Assembly (NCBI RefSeq): GCF_006345805.1
Contig: NW_021832318.1
Coordinates: 1-31,284 of the forward strand
Length of the DNA stretch: 31,284 nt
Source: Octopus sinensis
Taxonomy: Eukaryota
Direction of reading: 5' to 3'
Both the position numbers and the translations under genes were made by a program. Below the pieces are notes generated by a model. It had not been told where the DNA came from. It worked only from the letters and a program-made list of their open reading frames with translations, and made no database searches. Shown piece by piece: positions 22,701 through 31,284 of the stretch (the stretch's first letter is position 1; each line of letters begins with the position of its first letter).

Positions 22701-23205
22701 ACCCTTTTGTTACCAACCGGGCTGAAACCGGTTCTGGCTCTGAATACAAATGTCTTGTTTTCATAAATTTTGAATTAAAATCTTCCACCAAACCTTAGTC
22801 ACAATTCATGTTCCTAACACTAGCTGAATGATGACTAAATAATTTTACTAAATTCTTTGTTATATTTAAAGTAATTGAAAGAAACACAGAGCATCTCAAT
22901 AGAAATAAGGTAACAAAAGGGTTAAACACTGATTCTGTGCTTCTTCACACTGATCATCCGCTTCACCCTACTGATCTTCTGCTTCCTAAATACTGACTGT
23001 CCATTTCTTTACATGGACCATCAACCTCTTTACACATATCTACTCTCTCAACTTACACTGGCTGTCTACTCCTTCTTATTAGTTGCCTGCTTCTTTGAAC
23101 TGGCACCCCTCCTCCTAACACTTAGTGTCTGCTTCATTAGCTTTTGTTTGTTAATTATTTACTTCCAAAACACTGGCTGCTTACATCCTCGACACTGATT
23201 ATCCG
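19745..23205 (+). repeat. C/T-rich minisatellite with a ~21-22 bp monomer (approx. CTGATCATCTGCTTC[T/C]..ACA) and nested higher-order repeats
   Basis: 107 bp unit x~5 (markers 20321, 20428, 20535, 20640, 20747, 20854); 64 bp unit x9 (21117-21691); 195 bp unit x2+ (21901, 22096, 22291); 18 bp unit x~6 (22357-22472). Confidence 0.92.
22702..22921. mobile_element. piggyBac-type MITE family B (220 bp), intact, inserted in the minisatellite
   Basis: TTAA at 22698-22701 and 22922-22925, with perfect 12 bp TIRs CCCTTTTGTTAC/GTAACAAAAGGG. Excision restores a monomer, tctgcttcttaaacactgattctgtg. Confidence 0.93.
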
Positions 23206-23361
23206 CTTCTATACATAGAATGTCAAATCCCTTCAGTTGATGTTGCCACCGAAACAGTTTTTAAAAATAAATTCAGAAATGCCTAAGTAAATTTAATTAA
23301 GTCATTGATTGTTTCAGAAAATGTTTATATAAATGGATGTCTTTCTTTATTTCATGTAAAT

Positions 23362-23833
23362 ATATGTATGTGTGTATGTATGTATGTATGTATGTATGTG
23401 TGTATGTATGTATGTATGTATGTATGTATGTATGTATGTATGTATGTATGTATGTATGTATGTATTTATGTATGTATGTATGTATGTATGTATGTATGTA
23501 TGTATGTATGTATTTATGTATGTATGTATTTATGTATGTATGTATGTATGTATGTATGTATGTAGGTATGTATGAATGTATGTATGTATGTATTTATGTA
23601 TGTATGTATGTATGTATGTATGTATGTGTGTATGTATGTATGTATGTATGTATGTATGTATGTGGTATGTATGTATTATGTATGTATGTATGTATGTATG
23701 TATTTATGTGTATGTAGTATGTATGTATGTATGTATGTGTGTATGTATGTATGTATGTATGTATGTATGTATGTATGTATGTATATCTATCTATCTATCT
23801 ATCTTTCTATCTATATATATATATATGTATATG

Positions 23834-23865
<32 letters not shown>

Positions 23866-23968
23866 TGTATGTATGTATGTATATATATGTGTGTGTGTGT
23901 ATTTATGTATGTCTATAACTATATATGTATATACATTCATACAAAATATATACATATAAGTTAGTGCA

Positions 23969-24029
<61 letters not shown>

Positions 24030-24170
24030 ATATATATATATATATACATATATGTATATATGTATATATATATATTGTATGTGGTTATATATATGTGTAT
24101 GTCTATTTATGTTTGTATGTACGTATGTACACACGCACATACATACATATATAGTTATATATATTTCTAG
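23362..24170. repeat. (TATG)n, (TATC)n and (TA)n arrays
   Basis: Direct inspection. Confidence 0.95.
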
Positions 24171-24214
24171 TTACACACCATCTTCCGTATTAATCATTTA
24201 AAATATATATATAT

Positions 24215-26242
24215 ATCACTGCTGAGATGCTTAAAACAGCTGGCTATGTGGGCTATACCATAGTCACCCGCATTGTAAACCAGGTAGTTCACAATGGAGT
24301 CATACCCAATGACTGGTGCAGCAGCACCATAGTCAACTGCTACAAGGGTAAGGGTGATGCTCTAGATAGAAATAACTACAGAGGTATCAAACTGTTGGAC
24401 CAGGTGATGAGGTCTCAGAGAAGGTCATAACCAATCTCATTAGGGAGAGAATTTGTTTAGATGAATGCAGTTCGGCTTTGTACCAGGTAGAAGCACCACT
24501 GATGCTATATTCCTGGTCCGACAACTGCAGGAGAAGTACCTAGCTAAAGATAAACCCCTCTACATAGCTTTTGTAGACTTGGAGAAAGCCTTTGACAGGG
24601 TTCCCCGTTCCCTTATCTGGTGGTCATGCGGAAACTGGAGATTGAAGAATGGCTAATAAGGGCTGTACAGGCTCTATACAGAGAGGCTGTCAGCAAGGTT
24701 AGGATTGGCAACGAATATAGTGAAGAATTCCGGGTAGAAGTTAGGTGTGCACCAGGGCTCAGCCCTCAGTCCCCTTTATTCATCATAGTCCTTCAGGCAA
24801 TAACAGAGGAATTCAAAACGGGATGCCCCTGGGAGCTCCTCTATGCCGATGACCTAGCTCTCATAGCAGAATCACTACCGGAACTAGAAGAGAAATTTCG
24901 GGTGTGGAAGCAAGGGTTGGAATCAAAGGCCTTAAAATAAATGTAGCAAAGACCAAAGTATTAGTAAGCAGCAAGAGGTTACTCAGCACACATCCCCTCG
25001 GGTAGTGGCCCTGCTCAACCGTAGGAAAGGTACAGGTAGAAACTCCATAAGATGCACCCAATGTAAGTTATGGACACATAAGAGGTGCAGCAACATTAAA
25101 GGGAAATTAACAGATAAGATAGCTTTCATGTGCGGCAGATGCACAGGGACAATAGACACAACAGACACTCAGAAAACAGATTCCATCACACTCCAGGGAG
25201 AGAAACTAGAAGTAGTTGATAGTTTCCGCTACCTGGGTGACCAAGTTAGTAGCGGAGGTGGATGCACAGAGAGTATCACCACTAGAATACGAATAGCCTG
25301 GCAAAGTTCAGAAAGCTCCTACCCCTACTGGCAACAAAAGGTCTCTCCCTCAGAGCAAAAGGTAGATTGTATGATGCATGTGTGCGAACTGCCATGCTTC
25401 ACGGTAATGAAACATGGGCTGTGACTGCAGAAGACATGCGTAGACTTGAAAGAAATGAAGCTAGCATGATCCGCTGGATGTGTAGTGGTCAGTGTGCACG
25501 CAAAACAGAGTGTAAGTATCCTGAGAGAAATGCTGGATATAAGAAGCATCAGATGTGGTGTGCAAGAGCGACGCTTGCGATGGTATGGTCATGTGCTGCG
25601 GATGGATGAAGAGAGATGTGTGAAGAAGTGCCACTCCAAACAGTTGAAGGTATCAGGGGGAGAGGTAGACCCAGGAAGACATGGGATGAGGTGGTCAAGC
25701 ATGACCTCAGAGCATTGGGCCTCACTGAGGCAATGGCGAAGGACCGAGATCTTTGGAGATATGCTGTGACTACAAAGACCCGGGCTGCTTTCTGCAGCAA
25801 TTCCACATACCCCTACCCATTCTAAGTACCCCGGATCCCCAAGAGGCAATGGCGAAGGACCGAGATCTTTGGAGATATGCTGTGACTACAAAGACCCGGC
25901 TGCTTTCTGCAGCAATTCCACATACCCCTACCCATTCTAAGTACCCCGGATCCCCAAAGTACCCCGGACCTCGTTGCCCCCGTGCCGCTGACACGTTAAA
26001 ATGCTCGAACCGATCGTGACGATGCCGGACCCTCCGGCCCCTGTGCAGGTGGCACGTAAAAAGCACCCAATCCACTCTCGGAGTGGTTGGCGTTAGGAAG
26101 GGCATCCAGCCGTAGAAAACCTGCCAGATTCAGACTGGAGCCTGGAGCGGCCCCTGGCTTCCCAGACCCGGTCGAACCGTCCAACCCGTGCTAGCGCGGA
26201 AAGCGGACGTTAAACGATGATGATGATGATGATGATGATGAT
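24215..26242 (+). mobile_element. 5'-truncated RTE-clade LINE: frameshifted reverse transcriptase ORF, 3' UTR and (GAT)n tail
   Basis: IPNDW..STIVNCYKGKGD...NYRGIKLL; QFGFVPGRSTTDAIF..RQLQEKY; FVDLEKAFDRVPR; SPLFIIVL; LLYADDL (24842-24853); FRYLG; C-x2-C/H-x2-C CTQCKLWTHKRC..MCGRC; RLRWYGHVLRM; GRGRPRKTW. There is no endonuclease domain because of the 5' truncation. Confidence 0.95.
25727..25957 (+). repeat. Near-perfect 116/115 bp tandem duplication across the RTE stop codon
   Basis: Copies start at 25727 and 25843 and differ by a 1 bp indel (gacccgggc vs gacccggc). Confidence 0.93.
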
Positions 26243-26399
26243 ATATATATATATATATGTATATAATATACAAGCATACATGAACATATATAAATACTTA
26301 TATACACACATATATATATGTGTGTATGTGTGTGTGTGTATATATTTATACACACACACACACATACACACTTCTTCATTTTATGTTTTCTTTCAATTT

Positions 26400-26528
26400 C
26401 TCCATCATTTTCTCTCCCTCCCCCACCGCTCTCCTTCTCTTCAATCTTTTCCCTCATTTTATCATTTCTTTTCCTCTCTCCTCCCTCTCTCTTCCTATCT
26501 CTCTCCCTTTCTATCTCTCTGCTCTTCT

Positions 26529-26577
<49 letters not shown>

Positions 26578-26580
26578 TTT

Positions 26581-26635
<55 letters not shown>

Positions 26636-27110
26636 TTCTCTTTCCCTCTCTATTTCTCTACTCTTCTTTCCCCTCCCCCCAGCTCTCTTTCTCTCTCTTT
26701 CCCTCTCTATCTCTCTGCTCTTCCTCCCCCTCTCTCAGTCTCTTTCTCTCTCTTTCCCTCTCTATTTCTCTGCTCTTCCTCCTCCTCTCTCTGTCTCTTT
26801 TTCTTTCTTTCCCTCGGTATCACACTACTCCTCCTCCCCCTCTCTCTGTCTCTCTTTCTCTCTTTCCCCTTCACTCTCTCACCCTCTCTATCTCTCTGTT
26901 TTTCCTCCCCCTCTTTCCCTCTCTATCTCTCTGCTCTTCCTCCCACTCTCTCTGTCTCTTTTTCTCTCTTTCCCTCTATATCACTCTGCTCCTCCTCCCC
27001 TCTCTGTCTCTCTGTCTCTCTTTCCCCTTCACACCTTCACCCTCTCTATCTCTCTGCTCTTTCTCCCCGTCCCCCTCAGTCTCTCTCTTTCCCTCTTTCA
27101 TCATTTCTAT
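26400..27110 (+). repeat. Polypyrimidine (CT-rich) tract with ~55 bp periodicity
   Basis: The TTTCCC marker occurs at 26641, 26698, 26753, 26808 and 26863. Confidence 0.85.
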
Positions 27111-27322
27111 TTTATCAATATCCAACCTGATATATTTATCAAACTGCTGTATTTTATTAAATATGTATAATTTGTACAAAACAATCGGTTTTACACCTAA
27201 AACGGCAAATATAAAGCTTTAAAAAAGATGCAGGTTATAAAGTTTTTAATGTAAAAAATACATTTTATTTACACTTAGACATCATACATACAAGCAGAGT
27301 GGAGCAGAAACACATATATCAG

Positions 27323-27444
27323 TGTGTGTGTGTGTGTGTGTGTGTCAGAGTGTGCATATATATATATATATATATTATACACACACACACACATATATAT
27401 ATACATACATATATATATATATAACATATATATATCTATATATG

Positions 27445-27479
<35 letters not shown>

Positions 27480-27490
27480 GTATATGTATA

Positions 27491-27525
<35 letters not shown>

Positions 27526-27552
27526 ATATATAATATATAATATATATATATT

Positions 27553-27602
<50 letters not shown>

Positions 27603-27876
27603 ACACACATACATATATGTACATATCTATATCTATATCTATATCTATATATACATATATCTCTATATGTATATATATATATATATGTATGTATGCATAT
27701 ATCTTTGTCTACATGACATACTTAAAGTCTGTATATTGCTGGAAGCTAATATATTCGATCACACACACACACACACACACACACATTATATATCATAAAC
27801 ACCCACCCACCATACATATGCACATATATATAAATGCACACAAATAAATAATATATAAATATATATATATATTTAT

Positions 27877-27938
<62 letters not shown>

Positions 27939-28226
27939 TATATTGTAAATAGATAGATATATATAATGTATATATATATATATAATGTATGTATGTACAT
28001 ACATGTACATAACTCTCTCTATATATGTATATATAATGTGGTGTGTGTGTGTATTAAAGTAATTGCATTACTGCTCTAAGCTTTAGAGTGTCTTTCTTTT
28101 TCAGATTAATGATACACTAACAACATATATATATATATGTGTGTGTGTGTGTATGTGTATGTGTATATATATATATATATGTGTATGTATGTATGTATGT
28201 ATGTATGTATGTATGTATGTATGTAT
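27323..28226. repeat. (TG)/(TA)/(CA)/(TATG) microsatellite region with short unique spacers
   Basis: Direct inspection. Confidence 0.88.
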
Positions 28227-28354
28227 GTAGGTAAGGGTGTCCTGAAAGGGGTCTCAGGGTGTAACGTCCCTGCCTTCTTGAGCTAGTTTCCAACCATATA
28301 TCTTAAAAACATGGTAGAGGCCTTGGTCTCAGGACCACTCATGTCTAGAAACTG

Positions 28355-28545
28355 ATGCTAGGGGTAAGCAAGGGCATGCCCCCTGTAGAAAATCCAGCTC
28401 CAAAAAAGCCTCATGATAGCAAGGAAGAATGAGCACCAACCAGGCCAAAGTTTGTGGTGGACCAAACTTGCTTGCCTCAGTTGCTATGGCATTGAGGTAG
28501 ATTCGACCAACCCTGTTAACGGGGACAAAACCCGTATTTAAAACA

Positions 28546-28581
<36 letters not shown>
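28355..28581 (+). mobile_element. 3' end of a second RTE-related family with a (GAT)n tail
   Basis: aagggcatgccccctgtagaaaatccagc parallels aagggcatccagccgtagaaaacctgcc of the main RTE family. It ends in ccaaccctgttaacgggg...(GAT)n at 28549-28581. Confidence 0.65.
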
Positions 28582-28615
28582 ATATACATATTCATGTGTG
28601 TGTATGTATATCATA

Positions 28616-28850
28616 TTTTTTTTTTTAATAAGGGAGTCCCCAAAGACATCGGGAAGAGACTTAGTGTAAATGGACCATGAAGAATGAGAAGTAATGGTGA
28701 AAGGATTGAATTTGCTTAAGAGTTGAAAGAGTCCAGGTCAGAAGGAGGAGGAAAGCAATGAGATGGAAGCGAGTTCCAAAGTCTGGGAGTTTGAGGAAAA
28801 AAGCTATGGCTGTGGAAAGACTTCCTTATTTATGGAAGCACACCCGCATT
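28616..28850 (-). mobile_element. CR1/L2-group LINE 3' end with a poly(A) tail
   Basis: Minus strand encodes IRKSFHSHSFFPQTPRLWNSLPSHCFPPPSDLDSFNS*, matching the SFFP.T..LWNSLP terminal motif of CR1-group ORF2. An 11 nt T-run lies at 28616-28626. Confidence 0.78.
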
Positions 28851-28893
28851 TTAGATGAAGACACTGTGTGTATGTTTATGTATATATATATAT

Positions 28894-29200
28894 GTGGAGG
28901 TGCAATGGCCCAGTGGATAGGGTAGCAGACTCGCGGTTGTAGGATCGCGGTTTTGATTCCCAGACCGGGCATTGTGAGTGTTTATTGAGCGAAAACACCT
29001 AAAGCTCGACGGGGCTCCAGGAGGGGGTGGTGGCAATCCCTGCTGTACTCTTTCGCCACAACTTTCTCTCATTCTTTCTTCTGTTGGCCTGCTCGCTTAG
29101 CCAGTCGGGGTGGCGTCATTTGAAGGCTAAAACAATGCGAAGCGCATTGTGACCAGCGACGTGTAGCAATATCTGATAGCCTGGTCGGTCACGGTCATGG
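28894..29200 (+). mobile_element. tRNA(Arg-like)-headed SINE; same head as 19219-19733 but a different 3' half
   Basis: TGGCCCAGTGG (A box), GGTTTTGATTCC (B box) and a shared body to ttctctca.tctttcttc. Confidence 0.85.
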
Positions 29201-29264
29201 TCTTACTGCCGTGTGTGCATATGTGCATGTAGGTGCTTGTGCCTCTCCCAAAGAGAGAGGGGGA

Positions 29265-29494
29265 AAATACAAAATGGGACAAGAATGCAAAACATCCGGA
29301 CAACTAGGTGATACAAAAAGGGACAACAAAACATCCAGATAGACTGCGAGGATGATCTGGTCCTTGACTGAGGATAGAAAGCTTCGAATGACCCATCCTT
29401 GTTTTCTTTGAATCGTCTATCTGGATGCTTTGTTGTCCCTTTTTGTATCATCTAGTTGTCCGGATGTTTTGCGTTCTTGTCCCATTTTGTATTT
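29265..29494. repeat. Fold-back element with 80 bp inverted arms (77/80) and a 70 bp spacer
   Basis: Arms at 29265-29344 and 29415-29494. The three differences are all transitions. Confidence 0.93.
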
Positions 29495-29507
29495 ATATAT
29501 ATGCATA

Positions 29508-29925
29508 TCATCATCATCATCATCATCATCGTTTGACGTCCGTTCTCCATGCTGGCATGGGTTGGATGGTTCAACTGGGGTCTGGGAAGCCCGAAGGCTG
29601 CACCAGGCCAGTCAGATCTGGCGGTGTTTCTACAGCTGGATGCCCTTCCTAACGCCAACCACTCCATGAGTGTAGTGGATGTTTTTTATGTGCCACTGGC
29701 ACAGGTGCCCAACGAGGCTGGCAATGGCCACGATCGGATGGTGTTTTTTATGTGCCACCAGCATGGAGGCCAGTCAAGGCTGGCAACAGCCACGATCGGA
29801 CGGTGCTTTTTATGTGCCAACGCACGGGGGCCAGTCAGGGTGGTGCTGGCTACAGCCACGTTCGGATGGTTCTCCAATGTGCCACTGCCACTGGTATCAC
29901 AGCTACAAATTCCATTGATGTTGAT
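29508..29925 (-). mobile_element. RTE LINE 3' fragment with three or more ~61 bp internal tandem units
   Basis: (CAT)n tail at 29508-29530 and a body homologous to 2251-2598. Confidence 0.88.
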
Positions 29926-29957
29926 CATATAGCAGCGTACGTGTGTATATATGTGTG

Positions 29958-29988
<31 letters not shown>

Positions 29989-29998
29989 CGTTGTGTAG

Positions 29999-30367
29999 TT
30001 AAAAGAAGAAACGAAAATGGGAGATATTGGAGATTATTAACAAATTCGTTATCTTTTGCTTTTACAACGGTTTTCAACCTGAATAATTTAATTACAAATT
30101 TTTACATTAAATTTGCATTTATGTGACATGAGCATAATTTCATCAATGAACGAAATAAACAGAAAGGTCCCCATAAAACATCCCAACGTACATCTTTTTC
30201 CCGCTGATGAAATTACGCTCATGTCACACAAATGCAAATTTAAAGTACAAATTCATAATTAAATTATTGAGTATTAATTGAAATGGCTGTGAGAAGCAAA
30301 GATGATCAGTTTGTTAATAATAGACAATTGTTAACTTACTTATCTCCATTTTCTTTCCTTCTTTTAA
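29999..30367. repeat. 369 bp AT-rich imperfect palindrome (long-TIR fold-back or MITE-like), TTAA at both ends
   Basis: Inner arms 30085-30145 and 30205-30265 match at 55/61. Outer blocks also pair: TTATTAACAAA (30034) with TTTGTTAATAA, and TTAAAAGAAG..GAAAATGG.AGATA (29999) with TATCTCCATTTTC..CTTCTTTTAA (30341-30367). Confidence 0.85.
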
Positions 30368-30515
30368 ATGGATATAAAATTAATATACACCCATTGTTTA
30401 AAGGGAATTTCATTCCCCCAACAATACTAGGTATTGAACCAGTATTTCCTTGGATGCAACCCTCCCTTTACAAGGATAACATATACCCTAATAAAAATAT
30501 ATGTATGTATACAAA

Positions 30516-30579
<64 letters not shown>

Positions 30580-30597
30580 GCGCAGGAGTGGCCCCCA

Positions 30598-31005
30598 TAG
30601 CGCAGGAGTGGCTGTGTGGTAAGTAGCTTGTTTACCAACCGCATGGTTCCGGGTTCAGTCCCACTGCGTGGCACCTTGGGCAAATGTCTTCTACTAGAGC
30701 CTCGGGCCGACCAAAGCCTTGTGAGTGGATTTGGTTGACGGAAACTGAAAGAAGCCTGTCGTATATATGTATATATATGTATATGTATGTGTGTGTTTGT
30801 CCCCCTAGCATTGCTTGACAACCGATGCTGGTGTGTTTACGTCCCCGTCACTTAGCGGTTTGGCAAAAGAGACCGATAGAATAAGTACTGGGCTTACAAA
30901 GAATAAGTCCCGGGGTCGATTTGCTCGACTAAAGGCGGTGCTCCAGCATGGCCGCAGTCAAATGACTGAAACAAGTAAAAGAGTAAAGAGTAAAGAGTAA
31001 AGAGT
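30598..31005 (+). mobile_element. Full-length tRNA-derived CORE-type SINE with an internal (TA/TG) spacer and a (GAGTAAA)n tail
   Basis: Head TGGCTGTGTGG / GGGTTCAGTCCC and core CCTTGGGCAAATGTCTT. The 3' part is shared with 9805-9889. It may be one of the described octopus OK/OR SINEs, but I cannot assign which. Confidence 0.88.
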
Positions 31006-31017
31006 ATATATATAATA

Positions 31018-31056
<39 letters not shown>

Positions 31057-31069
31057 CATATATGTGTGT

Positions 31070-31263
31070 GTAGGTAGGAGCGCTCTGAAAGGGTCTCAGG
31101 GTGTAGTATCCCTGCTTTCCTGAGCTATTTTCCATCCATATATCTTAAAACATGGTAGAGGCCTTGGTCTCGGGACCACTCATATCTAGAAACTGTAAAA
31201 AATACATTTTATTTACACATACACATACACACAAGCAGAGTGGAGCAGAAACACATATATCAG
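31070..31263 (+). repeat. Segment made of two earlier sequences: X (28227-28354 homolog) joined to Y (27250-27322 homolog)
   Basis: X shares catatatcttaaaa.catggtagaggccttggtctc.ggaccactcat.tctagaaactg. Y shares tgtaaaaaatacattttatttacac and caagcagagtggagcagaaacacatatatcag. Confidence 0.85.
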
Positions 31264-31284
31264 AGTGTGTGTGTGTGTTGCATG

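Noticed and set aside
26217-27222. 270-317 aa Ser/Leu-rich ORFs
   Set aside because: Translations of the CT-rich tract in all three frames.
29360-29400. Hammerhead-like CTGAGGA...CGAA in the hairpin spacer
   Set aside because: It reads GAAT rather than GAAA, stem III is not formed (GACCCATC) and I find no stem I pairing. At most a relic.
17657-30680. tRNA-like sequences at 17657, 19733, 28894 and 30598
   Set aside because: They are SINE heads: A/B boxes continue into SINE bodies and no complete acceptor stem is present.

Overview
Repeat-saturated, non-coding animal genomic DNA. The SINE, LINE and microsatellite content resembles an Octopus-type coleoid cephalopod; this is an inference from recognising the repeats, not a database result. 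No host protein-coding gene is supported, and almost all long ORFs in the track are translations of di- and trinucleotide microsatellites. The recognisable coding relics are all transposon-derived: (i) a maT/DD37D-like Tc1-mariner transposase on the minus strand (2890->1518), split by two nested insertions, a TTAA-flanked piggyBac-type MITE and an RTE 3' fragment; (ii) three R4/Dong-like RLE non-LTR retrotransposon fragments, each starting at a (TAA)n array (8106, 8454, 12024); (iii) a 5'-truncated ~2 kb RTE LINE (24215-26242) plus related 3' tails; (iv) a CR1-group 3' end. Several tRNA-derived SINE families and two unrelated ~220 bp MITE families are also present. Less obvious structure includes a ~21-22 bp minisatellite with 5-mer, 3-mer and 9-mer higher-order repeats, an unclassified 557 bp element bounded by TAA arrays, two long fold-back palindromes (29265-29494 and 29999-30367), and a 3'-terminal stem-loop retained across two RTE-like families. 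I see no evidence of a novel multi-gene system; the findings concern mobile-element and repeat biology.
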